NCBI RefSeq assembly: GCF_006345805.1
Contig: NC_043006.1
Coordinates: 105,152,001-105,216,000, forward strand
Origin: Octopus sinensis
Taxonomy: Eukaryota
Length of the DNA: 64,000 nt
Direction: 5' to 3'
Position numbers and translations under genes: made by a program. Positions 26,665 through 40,270 of this stretch are shown in pieces (the first letter of the stretch is position 1; every line of letters begins with the position of its first letter). The notes under the pieces are model-generated. The model was not told the DNA's origin, searched no databases, and worked only from the letters and a program-made list of their open reading frames with translations.

Positions 26665-28475
26665 GACACCTTATTTTTCGAGCACCTTCCGGAGTATTCG
26701 AGCGGTTACAAGCAGTCCTGTTTTCTGAAAGTGCTCGACCCTTATTTCAGCCCCTATTTGTTCCATGTATTTCTCAAGATTTTTATTCACTGTTCCCAGG
26801 GCTCCGACAATTATTGGTATTACTGCTATCTTTTTAATCGACCGCAACTGCTTAACATCCCAACCTAACCTGTCATATCTATCGACTTTTCTTTTTTCCT
26901 TATCGCATACCTTGTTGCCAGCTGCGCATGCTATATCTATGATCCAGCATCGTTTGCTTTCTTTCTCAATATTATGTCTAGCTTCCTATTCTCTATCCCA
27001 TGGTCGCACTGAATCATAAAATCCCACAAGATCTTTGCATTATCTTTTTCGATAATGTCTTCAGGTTTGTGGTCGTACCAGTTTTTTGCTCTGTCCAGTC
27101 CTTACTTGTTGCAGAGTGTCCAATGGATAAGCCTTACTACATTGTCTTGGCGTCTCTTATATTCCTTCTGGGCTAGTGGCGTACCTTGGCTGGTAATATG
27201 CCATACGATTTCACCATTTTGCCCACAAATTCTGCACTTATCACTTTCTGGTGTGTTGTCTATTCTCTATTTTATGTAGTTTGTCCTAAGCGCTTGCTTT
27301 GGACAGCACAGATTAGAGTCTCCGTTTCCGATTTTAAGTCACGCTTAGTCATCCGCAGCCATCTTTTTCTCTCTCTGTCTTATCTTCAACATCCCTATGA
27401 AACTGTCCATGCATTGTTTTCTTTTCCCACCTATTTTCAGTTTCATCCGTTTTCCATTGCTTATACAGTGCTTTATTTTTGCAATCTTTCATCCTACACA
27501 AACCTGACCTTCTTCCTTCTAATAACAGTGGTTCTGTAGCATTTTTTACAAACCATGCTATGTTTTTTTTCTTCTCCTCTAATGCTGTGTTCGCATCCAA
27601 TAAGTCCTCTTCTTTCTTGGTACATACAGTCTGCCTTGTCACATTTTGGGTAGAGTGTGCCATATCTAGTTAGCAACTTCCTTGTCGCTTTGTCTAAGCT
27701 GTTTAGTTCGTCTACTGTCCATGCGATTACCCCTGCTCCATATCTAAGGAGTGAAACTGCCCAGGTATTGATAGTTTTGATCTTATTCCGTCAGTTTAAT
27801 TTCGACTTAAGGATCAGTCTCAGTCTGCACAAGTACTCCACCTTAAATTTTTCTGTCATTTCTGTCTCCATCACTTTATCCATTTCCAAAATCCCCAAGT
27901 GCTTATAGCCCGTCTCTTCTATCTGCTTCATAACTTCCCCCTTTTGAATACATACCCAGCTTTTGCTTTACTCAGAATATGTGTTAGTGGTATCAAGCAC
28001 AGTAAAAAGATCAGTGGGGACAGGCAGTCCCCTTGAAAGATGCCCCTCCTGATTTCTAGTGTCCCTAAACTACTTCTGTATGCTGTCAGATCCGTCCTCC
28101 AAATCGCCATATTTTTTCCAAGCAATTGCTCAACATTCGATGCAATACCAAATAGGTTCATACATTCCATAATCCAAGAATATGGGATGATATCGTACGC
28201 CTTACGATAGTCGATCCTTGACATGGCTAAGTTACTTTTCCTCCTCTTGCAGTCTCTGAGTGCAGTTTTGTCTATCAGGAGGTGATACTTGGTACCTCTG
28301 CACTTACGCTTGCAAACCTTCTACTCATGTGACAGGACTGAATTTTTTCCAGATGCTTGTTCATTGATTCTGCGAGTATTCCAGTCAATAATTTCGACAT
28401 AAGTGGCAAACAGTATATCGGCCTGTAATTGTCTACCGTATTACCTTTTTCGATGTTTTTCAAGCACAGCACTGC
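26665..28475 (-). mobile_element. 5'-truncated, degenerate R4/Dong-clade non-LTR retrotransposon (RT, CCHC finger, restriction-like endonuclease)
   Basis: [57 protein letters not shown]; ends TARILRKVLEK*. An internal deletion near 27940 removes the catalytic YxDD region. 5' end abuts (TAA)n. Confidence 0.85.
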
Positions 28476-28523
28476 ATTATTATTATTATTATTATTACTA
28501 TTATTATTATTATTATTATTATC

Positions 28524-28591
<68 letters not shown>

Positions 28592-28625
28592 CATTATTAT
28601 ATTATTATTATTATTATTATTATTA

Positions 28626-28665
<40 letters not shown>
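28476..28665. repeat. (TTA)n/(TAA)n array
   Basis: Direct reading. Abuts the R4/Dong-like element. Confidence 0.98.
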
Positions 28666-31184
28666 TAGTCAGAGGGGGACGCGCATGAGATGTAGGAGGA
28701 TTAGCTTCTGTGCGATTTATACGTTCGCCATAGTTAATGAGAATAGCTATCATTGTGTAAATCTAACTTGCGTTGGTTATCACATCTGAGAAGAATCGTT
28801 GGAAAGAGGAATGAGTAAGGTCCAGAGAGTAGTAGCATTTCAAGAAGAAGGATTGAGGAAAATCTTGCGGGCATATATGAAAGGATTTCAAGGGCGCATT
28901 AAAAGGGACGAGAACAAGAGAAACAAATATATGTAGTATAAGTAAAAGGATCTGGCTTAAGGTATAATACGGTTTATTTGTTCTGAGGCTTATTAGTAAC
29001 TGTTAAATTGGCATTAGAGTATGTGACGTTTGTAGCTGTCGCCAGTAGATCCTACTCAGCATAATCTTTAATGGAAAGAGTTTCAAAGATGAGGAGTGTA
29101 CCAGTTTAAGACTTTCTTCATCCTTGGATATTTTGATAACACTGTAGTTGCCATAGCGATGTGGGTTGCCGTTCTTCGGACGGTGTATACAGTCGTATGT
29201 TCCATGACTTTGTTGTAATAATAGTTGAGAAGTTTGGTGAGGAAAACCAATAGCTCCTGAGTGCAACGGGTTAGGATAATGAAAATAGGCACAACCAAAT
29301 AGCATTGCATTTGATGTTGAAGAGGCAATTTCTCGCATTTTCAAATTGTGTGATAGACTATTATAACAGGTGTAGTAGAGAGGTTTTGTGAGTGGGGAAC
29401 TATTTCTGGGTGTGCAGTGTAGAAGTTAAGAACAAAACGAACAGCAAGCACAATAGCTTTATCACCAGGAGCCGTCGCTCTGGATGATTAATGAGCTGAA
29501 ATATTCTTTATAATCAGTAAATAGTATTTTTGCCAATGGAAAGTCGAGAGCGATTGCACGCTGAGTTGTGCAAGGAATATTCTTTCCTACTGTTTGCCTT
29601 ACAGACATTCTACTTGTATGTAATTGTAACTTATTTTCTATGGTCATATGTACGTTGTGTAGACAGTATTATTCGTTGGCATTGTTATCAAATTACTTCT
29701 CATTGGTTTCAAGGATGTAGACAAACATGTTCAAGGATGTTGATATCATTCGCTTGTGTAATTCAAAGGCAGAGATTGCTGTGTAGTAAAAATATATAAT
29801 TGTATTGCTTTAAGTAAACGATAGGTAAATAAAGTAGGTTTAGAGATTATAAAACGTCGAAGTATGGTCTCAGAATAAGAATATTGACCAGATACAAAGG
29901 GTAGAGAAATATACTATTTGATGTAAAGGATTCAGAATAGAACTGAGTCTAAGTAGGAATTGTTGGCGCGAAAAGGGTTCGAAAATGGGAGAAGCTGTAT
30001 GCATCGAAATCAACAAGTACAATACTTCAGATAAAGTTGCGCTTACACACACACTTGCGTGTGTGTCCATGATGTCGGACAAGAGATAGTTTGATGAGTT
30101 AGGAGTGCGTGTCAGATACCGTGTAAGTAAAGAAAAAAGACAAAAAGAGCCTGGGAGCCAAAAAATAAACAGGAATCAGTCTTGCTAAATATCACATGAT
30201 AATAAAGATTCGCTTTTGAAATGTTATCTTATATATCAAAAGAAAAATATCCATGAGAGGAAAACTCGGAGCCTAGAAGGAACTGCGAAACATTGTGGTT
30301 AAGCATCGTATGGTAATGCAAGTAAGTTGCTGAGATTTCCCTTCAAATTTTAGAAGAAAATGATAATACATAGATTTCATTAGAGAAATGAAAAAGAGAA
30401 ATTTGGAACTGGAAGCTTTGTTGCTAAACATCAGAAGGTAATGAAAGTGAGTTTCTCATATTTTCTCTCTCATAATCGTCTTTAATGGAAGTGATGATAT
30501 TCAGGCTTTATAACAGAAATGTGAAAGTGTGACTTGGAACTTGAAGAAGAGAGAAAAAAATACAATCACAGAGAGATTCGTTGCTATACAAGACATATGC
30601 GATAAAGGTGAGCTCATAAGATATTTTTTCTCTCGCATAATAGAAGAACATGATAGCACACGGGTATCAAACATATTTCAGCGATCTCTTAGGGCAGAGT
30701 ATAGAATTAAAGAGTAAAGCACGAAGAGAGAGGCAAAGACAAATCACAAAACTGCTTTCCTGTTGGGTTCCCCCCCCACCACCACCACTACTACCACTAC
30801 CACCATATCACTGTCACATGCTTTAAGTGCTGTAGGTACGACGTTGCTATGTTACATCATCTCGACAAAGAGAATAAATAAGAGGCAATTGTGAGCAGTA
30901 ATTTGCGAGTCGGTGTCTGAAGCAGAGAAGGCATTAGTTATTACATATGGCAGGCAAAAATCAATAATGTGCAATTAAATTTAAATAGATTTAATCATAT
31001 AATAAGTTGAGTTGATAAGCTTATAGTCAGTTGAATCCAGAGATTTATCTTGAGGCGGTTCACACTATCGTATGATTTGATGAGAAACTAATTCGATTGT
31101 CTTATCAAAACTTACCAAAAATATTCTCATAACCTATTACCATTGTAACAGCTGCTCCTAATGTCATCGGCGTCGTCATCGTTC

Positions 31185-31712
31185 TTGATGATGATGACAA
31201 TGATGATGACGATGAGGATGATGATAATGACGATGATGACGACGATTATGATGACGATGATGATGATGATGATGATGACGATGATGATGATGATGATGAT
31301 GAAGACCACGATGATGATAATGTATTAAAAAATGCAGACAATCTTAAGAAATCCTCATCGTCGTCATCATCATTATCATCATGACCATCGTCATCATTAT
31401 CGTCACCATCATCGCCATTGTCGTCGTCGTCGTCGTCATCGTCGTCTTTTTTTTACATTATCGTCACGCTCGTGGTCGACACCGTCGTCCTCCTCTTTCT
31501 CATTGTCTTCATCATCCTCACACCATCACCACCACCACGATTATCATCATCATCATCATCACCATCGTCGTCGTCGTGATCATCATCATCATCGTCTTCA
31601 CCATCGTACTTCTTTCTCTATCTTATTCTTGTTATTGCCACTCTTGTTGCTGCTGTTGTTTTTGTTGTTGTTTTTGTTGTTGTTGTTGTTGCTGCTGCTG
31701 CTGCTGCTGCTG
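31185..31712. repeat. Compound trinucleotide region (GAT, CAT/CGT, TGT, CTG)
   Basis: Direct reading. Similar compound blocks at 47850-48305 and 58370-58520. Confidence 0.95.
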
Positions 31713-33224
31713 TTCAGCTTATTTTATCTGACTCATTATAGGTTATTGTAATCAATATTTTTATGCTGTTACTTATTGCTGTTGTTGTTTCTATCACGAC
31801 AGTCATTTTGATAATGATTATATTGGTTGGGCTGTGTATGGAATAATGTTTGTTGCAAAGGATAACAGATTAGCCGTAGTTTGGGTTGTTAATTTTTAAT
31901 GGTGGTGGAAATAATAATACTAGTGCCGTTAGTGCGGTATTCTTAGTCAAAACAGGGACAGAACCCATAATCATTTATTTTATCTTATAGTGGCAAGGTA
32001 AGGTAGCGGTCATAACCTCTTGTACAGGACTTCCGGGACAAGTGGGACAAGTGAATGCTTGTAACAGAAACGGCTTCTGGAAAATCGCCCAAAGCAAAGA
32101 AGTGGTGTTCAAAGGGCGATGGATTAATTCTGTCGCCTGGTCAAGTTATGATTTTGTTGTGTGGACCCCCCCCCCAGACGATGAAATAGGCTAGCCCAAT
32201 ACGCAGATTAGAGGGAGAAGTCTAGAGGTCGTGAGACTAGAACAGAGCACAGCTGAGTAGAGTAGCAGTCGGAGATCAGAGTAGAAGTTGAGTAGTAGAG
32301 GTATCCGACGTGCGACAAAACAGATTTCAGAACGCAAAGACCGGAAGCAATTACTGCAACGTGTTCGGTTCAGCATCCATGCATTTTCACCTATCCAACA
32401 CCCTGAACTTTATCTTCTTCGAAAATATAAAGGTGGGAATTGATCTTTGAGAGTCGAGTCAGAACAAATACTTCTAGGCATTCTATCGAATGCTCTACCG
32501 ACTCTGTAAGTTCGCCTCCGCTTTCTACCACAAGCAGTAACACTGACGCTTTCCCAATGGCCAATAGCATTACTATCACCCACAGTAACGGCGACAATAA
32601 CCGCAACAACACCACAGCTACCACCATTACTAAAAGCATCATAACTACTACTATGACCATCATTATTTAAGCCTTGTGTAGGGACACTACCAAATGTATC
32701 AAAAATTGCACGAAAGCTTTTTGAAGGACTCTTTGAATGTTAGCTACAGATTTACTAGCAGCAAGCAGAAGAATCTGAATTGTAGAATCCACAGCATAAC
32801 GTACAGGAATATTTTTTTATCATGTCATCAACCTGAATACAGTAGTTCTAGCATTACCTTCTGCACATATGACGCAAAGCCTTACAAGGAATTGGCATAA
32901 ATTTCTAAAGTGAAGGCCACAGAAACAGAAAACGAAATTAGGCTTCATGATATGGAATTTTAAGAGTAAGTACACAACATACTTATTCTGCAGGTAACCG
33001 AAGAAATCAAACGCCATTTCTCTACTCCAACGTGTCTGGAGATTGAAAGCGGGAGACACCAAAGTTACTATGTTTCCATAAGCTTACAAGGATACTATGG
33101 TCAGTGATCAAATTTTCAATGTCAAATTGTAGGTGGCCTAGAGCGTGGTGCTTGTGTACCGGTGAAGTTTTGGATTCAAGACTCCATTTGTTGAATTCTG
33201 GGAATGAACTCAATTTCATTATCA

Positions 33225-33660
33225 AATGCAATTTTAATCTTCGGAACCTTATTACCGAGATCGTCTTTGCTTTTCATCTTTTTGGGATCGATAAAATAAC
33301 TACCAGTTGAGCACTGCGGTCGATGTAATAAACTTCATCCACCAAACTTGTACACTAAGGTCGATATAATCGACTACCCCAAATTTCAGACATTGTGCCT
33401 ATATCTAAAGCAATTTCTTTTTTTTTTTTTTACTTTGGTGGAATTAAGACGGCGAGCTTGCAGAATCGTTAGCAAGCCGGGCAAAAATGCCTAGTGGTAT
33501 TTCGTATGTCTTTACTTCAGAGTTGAAACACTGACAGTGTTGACTTTGCCTTTCATCCGTTCGGAGTCGATAAAATAAGTATCAGTTGATCACTGGGGTT
33601 GATCTAATAGACTTAACCCCTCTCCAGAAATTACTGTTCTTGTGCCAGAATTTCAAAGCA
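33225..33660 (+). repeat. Two type B SINE copies (one partial, one complete)
   Basis: GGCGAGCTTGCAGAATCGTTAGC head at about 33450. TTTCATC..GTCGATAAAATAA centre occurs twice. Confidence 0.8.
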
Positions 33661-33987
33661 ATAGTTTCTGTGGAATTTATTTAAAACTATTTCATGGTAT
33701 TGAAATTTCTTTAAAGTACGATATACTACTTAGTTAGACTTCTACTAACCTGCAATTTGGAATCAGCGATTCTATGTAAGATATGAGTTATTCAAAAGTA
33801 TTTTGTATGAAAAGTAAAAAACAAAAAAAAAATGGTAAACGAATTTTTTTCCTTTCGGCATAACTGCAAAATAACTTGAATCTGTTTTTTTTATATATTG
33901 AATCTTGCAACGAATTTTAGGTTTGTTTTATTTTATTGAACTATCGATCAGCTGTGCACTCTCTGTTGTCAATATAAATATATGTAT

Positions 33988-34042
<55 letters not shown>

Positions 34043-34973
34043 CTGTGTGTATATATATATATATATATATCTGTATATATATATATATAGATATATATAT
34101 ATATATATATATATGATATATAAATATATATATGTATATATATATCTGTATATATATATATATATATGATATATATATATGATATATATATATATATAGA
34201 TATATATATATATATATATACAGATATATTTCTCCAATAAAATATTCTCTCACAACGTACCTTTCTTTTCTTCTTCTTATGCTCTCTCCCACTCTCATTT
34301 CTTTCTTTTCCTTTAAACATCGTACATGCTATATGAGTTTAGTTTTCTCCCCTCGTAAATTTTAATGCTGTTACATCTTCTTCCCAACTTTTCTTCTTTC
34401 TTTTTACATTCGATCTTTGTCTTGCATATTCCATATAAATATACGCTTTATCTATTATGCTGTGGTATTTAATCTATCAAAAAATTAGCTGAAGTCAGCT
34501 AACATTTTACAATGCGCAAATTTATACGCAATCTATTTATTCCTGCTTTTTCTTCTAATACTTCTTCAATTTTACCAATCGTTTTATTGTTGTCTTTTAC
34601 AGTTTCCACACTGTACATTTCTTTGCACTTTACTCTTGTCCTCTCGTTCTGTCTCAGCCGTACTAAATCCATTTATATGCTTCTTCTCACAGTTATCATA
34701 ATATATCACATATACTCACATATTTCCACACCAAGATACTTTATTAATCGTCTTCTTTAAGCGTTTTAAATGATAAAGTCTATAAAAGTATTTTAAAATA
34801 TATATATAAACATTTTAATGATTATGTCTGCGTGTACGTATGCATATATGTTTATATATATATGTATGTACATACATATATAAATAGAGTAACACACATA
34901 TATAAATACTGTAACTGCTGCATTTGTTGAGTATATATACAGTTTGGCTGATTATTTCTCTGGAGAATGTCAG

Positions 34974-35039
34974 AATGATGTAGACACCTCTGAAGAGAAC
35001 CCAATAAAGTTCGAAAATCGATTAAGGTTGTTCATCATT
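34974..35039 (+). ncRNA. Minimal type I hammerhead ribozyme with canonical core (Penelope-associated type)
   Basis: ACCT-CTGAAGA-GAAC(CCAATAAA)GTTC-GAAA-ATCGAT-TA-AGGT. Stem I extends with AATGATG/CATCATT. Confidence 0.75.
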
Positions 35040-35292
35040 TTTTTCAGTCTGCAGAGAAATGGCTAAAACTTTACCCCGTTTGTAACTATACCATATGTTT
35101 TAGATATATATATATATATACATTGGGATATCACTATAACGTCTCGGATTCCAACTGATAAGAAAGTCAGTTGCGAATGTTCCTTGTATAGTGTTGTTGT
35201 CTCTCTTTTCTGTCTATGTTTTCACCTAGTTTTCATCTGTTTTTCTTTCTCCGTTTAACTTTTGTGATATATATATATATATATATATATAC

Positions 35293-35508
35293 CTTTTATC
35301 GTTTGCTTGTTTCAGTCATTAGACTGCGACCATCCTGGGGCACAGCCTTGAATACTTTTAGTCGAATGAATCGATCCCAGTACTTACTTTTTAAAGCCTG
35401 ATTCTTATTCTGTCGGTCTATTTTGCCGAACCGCTAAGTTACTGGGACGTAAACACACTAACATCGCTTGTCAAGCGGTAATAGGGAGACAAACACAGAC
35501 ACAAAGAC
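35293..35508 (-). mobile_element. SINE type A, tail half
   Basis: Reverse complement of the type A tail. Confidence 0.8.
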
Positions 35509-35509
35509 A

Positions 35510-35827
35510 TGCGCAGTGAATGTTGTGCTAAGCCATTGGTGGTTGTTGTCTTCCGACACGTGGGAAATCAATCACGGCTCACTGTTGTTGAAACGGCTCG
35601 AATAAGATGAGTATCACAATCACTGACGATTGTTGGCTCTTTGGGTGAGCAGAATTGATCCTTTATTTTCTAGATAAAGCTCGATTATTTTTATCCGTTA
35701 CTCTGCCGTGAACTGCTCTATGACTCTTTTCCATTACATGTCAATAATCGGAATCAAATAAATTGAAAAAATTAATTGCAAAAAACTTATATTTTAAATT
35801 GGTCTAATGACTTTTGGGCCACCCTGT
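35510..35827. mobile_element. Tc1/mariner-like DNA transposon end fragment
   Basis: Ends TGACTTTTGGGCCACCCTG, the reverse complement of a CAGGGTGGCCCAAAAGT-type terminal repeat. No matching other end found. Confidence 0.45.
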
Positions 35828-35835
35828 GTGCGTAC

Positions 35836-35866
<31 letters not shown>

Positions 35867-36960
35867 TGTATGTATGTATGTATGTATGTATGTATGTATA
35901 CATATGATTATGTGTTAAGTAGTACAAATCGAGTAGAAGTAAGTGTCACGTGCTATGCAATAAGCCCAACTCAACAAATGCGTATCTAAAAATAAACTAC
36001 GTTTAAGTCTAACTATAAAAATTAAATAGAGTTTCGACCAACGCCGTTCAGGCAAGAAGACAGAAGAAAGAAGTATGAACAAGTCGATTTAAGAGACACC
36101 ACGCTCATACACTAGTGGTTTCAAATGTTTTCTGAGTTTATCTGAAAAACACCATATAGTGATACACTAACGTGATTGCTTAAACGTGAAGCAGGAAATT
36201 GTATTTCTTCTTGTTCTCATCTGAAAAGTACATCTTACCGGCAATCCCTTGTCAACCAAATAAACTTTGTATCACTGTCTGAAAAAAAGCTAAATGTTTC
36301 GCTTTACAGATATTCTCTTAGGTCCCTCGCTATTACTGTCACCAACAGGCATCCTACCTCTATAGTAATACACTTTGCGCTTCACTGGCAACCAGCACTT
36401 GACCTTTTCTTTTCTTTATTCACACGTACGTTTGATAATGTATGTGTGCTGCAAACCATAGAGACGTTTATGCCGATCCATGCTACATATAAAGCAGTAA
36501 CAGATACATACAGAACTCTACAGAACATAATATCAACAATATACACATCCATTTTATAACACCAAACAGCATAAATTAGAATAACTTAGAAATAATTTCT
36601 CTACTTAGATATTTAAATATTACAACACTTCAAATGGGTGAACTAAGACTAGGAGTGCATTCTTAGCTATGCTGTTGACATACAGAAAAAGGAAGGAAAG
36701 CGCACCTGTTCCACACGAAGGAATATACACGTACATATATTTGTACCTGGTGCAGTGTCAATATTTGCTCCCATTAACAAGTTAAATAAATGCGTGTACA
36801 ATTAGAAAATCGTATTTGTATGTATGCGTGCCTTGCGAATGTGTGTGTGGCTTCGCATAAACCTGTGAGCTACCATCACTCTATTGATCAGCCGCGGATA
36901 AAAAGACGCGTTTGCGCATATCTCTACTCCTCCACACATGTGCATGTATGTGTTTGGTGT

Positions 36961-36995
<35 letters not shown>

Positions 36996-37038
36996 TGGAA
37001 ATAGATGTGTGGCGTTCAGTTAAATGATAATGTAAATA

Positions 37039-37102
<64 letters not shown>

Positions 37103-37206
37103 TTCATGGTTAAATAGGTAGATAGATAGGTAGATAGATAATGTGTATTTACAATTATTCAGTTTACATACATGTATGTGTAAACATATATACATATTAT
37201 ATTATA

Positions 37207-37238
<32 letters not shown>

Positions 37239-37248
37239 CCTATATATT

Positions 37249-37280
<32 letters not shown>

Positions 37281-37565
37281 ATATATATATTATATATACA
37301 TATATATATGTATATATATATATATGTATATATATTATATATATATATATTATATATATATATGTATATTTATAATACATATATTACAATTAATAAGGGG
37401 AATGACTATTTTAGTGGTCCTTCGTCTTATAATTTTTAAATCTTCGGATTTTTTTTTTAAATGCGCTAGACCACTGGTTTAAATTGATGTTAATTAATTA
37501 ATATCAATTTCTACCCTCATTATTTAATATATACATATAAATGCGTGGGTGTGTGAGTGCATGTA

Positions 37566-37596
<31 letters not shown>

Positions 37597-37622
37597 GCAT
37601 GCACACATACAACATATATATG

Positions 37623-37667
<45 letters not shown>

Positions 37668-37792
37668 CCTACTCACATAAATTTGTAAGCATATGCATAT
37701 ATGTGTATAAATGTATGTATATTTGTATATATGTATGTGTGTGCGTTTATATACCTACACGAACATGTACAACACTAGTAGGTGTAGCAATT

Positions 37793-37812
37793 GTAGTAGT
37801 AGTAGTAGTAGC

Positions 37813-37844
<32 letters not shown>

Positions 37845-37845
37845 C

Positions 37846-37918
<73 letters not shown>
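37793..37918. repeat. (TAG)n array
   Basis: Direct reading of the sequence. Confidence 0.98.
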
Positions 37919-38194
37919 AGGGAGTGGACGATAATAGGAGAGCCAAAAATTAATGTTATGGTGGAGGGAAAATTTTAACATTATCAAAAAAGAAGCGATG
38001 TAAACGCTTCTGAGTCAACACGGAAAACGACATCCTGACACGTGACCCATTGCTAACCATTTTATTGTTCTTCTTTTCAAATCAGTACACACCTATGAAC
38101 CTGATATTTTGTTTCCGTCTGAGCTGTGTGTAGATTAAATGAACAGATTTTGTGTCGGTGGTAATGGTGGTGCTGGTGTTAGTGCTTGTTTGTT

Positions 38195-38558
38195 TGTTTG
38201 TTGAGCGAAGCGGTCTTCGTCCATGGGAGAAGTCCGAAACGTGGTCCTTTGCTATTCGTAAGACCCGCAGAAGCGAAAGCAGGTCAACCCTCGACACCGA
38301 GAGCATCGCCGGATGGATGAATGCGCATCCAGGCTCAGTGGTTGCGTAGGAAGTCGGTGACAAGAAACAGGAAGAAAGAGTGAGAGAAAGTTGGAGCGAA
38401 AGAGTACAACAGGGGTCGGACCATCCCCTGTCAGAGGCTCGTGGAGCTTTTGGTGTTTTCGCTCAATAAACACTCACAACGCCCGGTCTGGGAATCGAAA
38501 CAGTGATCCTCCGACCGCGAGTCCGCTGCCCTCACCACTGGGCCATTGCGCCTCCACG
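38195..38558 (-). mobile_element. tRNA-derived SINE type C (tRNA-Arg-like head, (AAAC)n tail)
   Basis: GGAGGCGCAATGGCCCAGTGGTGAGGGCAGCGGACTCGCGGTCGGAGGATC..TTTCGATTCCC has A and B boxes. Flanked by the direct repeat GGTGCTGGTG. Confidence 0.85.
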
Positions 38559-38679
38559 GTGCTGGTGGTACTTGTCTTGAGGAAGAAAGTGTCATAATGA
38601 ACAGGATCGCCAGCCAGATGTGCCACTTGGTCAACTACAACAGTCATGATAGCTTGCAAATTAAGACGCATCAACAAAA

Positions 38680-38897
38680 GGCGGCGAGCTGGCAGAAGCG
38701 TTAGCACGCCGGGCGAAATGCTTAGCGGTATTTCGTCTGCCGTTACGTTCTGAGTTCAAATTCCGCCGAGGTCGACATTGCCTTTCGTCCTTTCGGTTGG
38801 AAAAATTACGCACTGGGGTCGATGTAATCGACTTAATCCCTTTGTCTGTCCTTGTTTGTCCCCTCTATGTTTAGCCCCTTGTGGGTAATAAGGAAAT
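38680..38897 (+). mobile_element. SINE type B with Tx1-like tail
   Basis: Same head and centre as 16206-16437. Tail TCTATGTTTAGCCCCTTGTGGGTAATAAGGAAA. Flanking direct repeat CATCAACAA (38669-38677 and 38904-38912). Confidence 0.9.
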
Positions 38898-38929
38898 ACG
38901 ATACATCAACAACATCCATTGTTAATAAT

Positions 38930-40270
38930 GGTTTCAAATTTTTAGCACGATGCCATAAAGTTTCAGGGAGGTGGCGAGTAGATTACATCGACCCCAGATT
39001 TCAAATAGTAATTATTTTATCTACTCAGAAGGGTAAAAGGCAAAGTTAACATCAGCAGAATTTGAACTGCGAAACTAAAGGCGAATGGAATGCCACGAAG
39101 CATTTCGACCTGCGTGCTAACGAATCTGTCAGCTCGCCACCTTCAAGAATGACATTAATAGTTCTTTCTAATAAAGCAGAAGGGCTGAAATTTCGTGGGG
39201 AAGGGCTAATCGATTATATCGACCTCAGTCTTCACCTGGTAATTATTTTCTCAACTCCGAAAGGATGAACGGCGCATTTGACGTCGGCGGAATTTGAACT
39301 CAGAATGTAAAGGTGAACGAAATTCCGCCAAGCATTTTGTCCGCCGTGCTAATGATTCTGCCAGCTCACCACCTTCAGAAGAATATTAATAAAGAACCAG
39401 CAATTATGCGATTGGTTTGAATCGATTATATCAATTCCAGTACTTAACTTATTTTGTCGATATCGAAAGAATGAAACGCAAAGTCAACTGCAGCGCGATT
39501 TGAGCTCAGAACACAATGAAATGCCAATAAGCATTCTGTACGAAGTGGTAACGATTCTAACAGCTCGCTATCTCGAGTAAAATATTGGTTTCAAATTTTG
39601 GCACAAAGCCAGCAATTTCATGAGGGTTGGGTAAGTCGATTACATCAACCCCATCGTTCAACTGGTACTTATTTTAACTACCTTCAGAATACGAAAGGCG
39701 ATGTCGACCACGACGTTATTTGAACTCAAAACATAAAGATGAATGAAATGTCGCTAAGTATTTTGCCTGGCGTGCTAACGATTCTGCCATCGAGCAAACT
39801 TAAGCAGAATAGTCATAATCCTTCTACTATAGACACAAAAAATCAGGATGGGGTGAGACAGCGAGTCGATTACATCGATCTTAGGACTAAACTGATACTT
39901 ATTTTGTTGACCCTGAAAGGATGAAAGGCAAAATCGATCTCAGTGGAATTGGAACTCAGAACTTAAAGACGGACGAAATACCGCTAAGCATTTTGTCCGG
40001 CGTATTAACTAATCTGCTAGCTCACCGTCTATATTAGATTACTGATAATGGTAATATTGTTTCTAATTTACATATAAGGGCAGCAATTTTGAGAAAAGAA
40101 TGAAAGTCGATATCATCGACTCCAATTATTCACCTCTATTTATATTATCTCCGAAGGAGGGATGAAAGACAAAGTTGGCCTCGGTGCGATTTGAACCCAG
40201 AATGTTAAGAGCCGGAAGAAATTTCGCAAAGCATTTGTTCCGACTCTGATAATTCTGCAAGTTCGCTTCG
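38930..40270 (-). repeat. Head-to-tail array of about six diverged type B SINEs (alternative tail)
   Basis: Recurring unit of roughly 200-240 bp containing ATTTGAACTCAGAA, GAAAGGCAAAGTCGA and GTGCTAACGATTCTGCCAGCTC variants. Confidence 0.85.

Noticed and set aside
28680-30120. Possible decayed Penelope-like or other RT coding remnant
   Set aside because: No unambiguous RT or GIY-YIG motif could be read. It needs tBLASTx or an HMM search.
32020-32390. Possible LTR fragment or exon
   Set aside because: No paired terminal repeats, TSD or coding signal.
38480-38558. tRNA-like sequence as a true tRNA gene
   Set aside because: The cloverleaf is imperfect and continues into a SINE body and tail, so it is a SINE head.
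38930-40270. Regularly spaced repeats suggestive of a CRISPR array
   Set aside because: Units are diverged SINEs of about 200 bp, the context is eukaryotic, and there are no cas genes.
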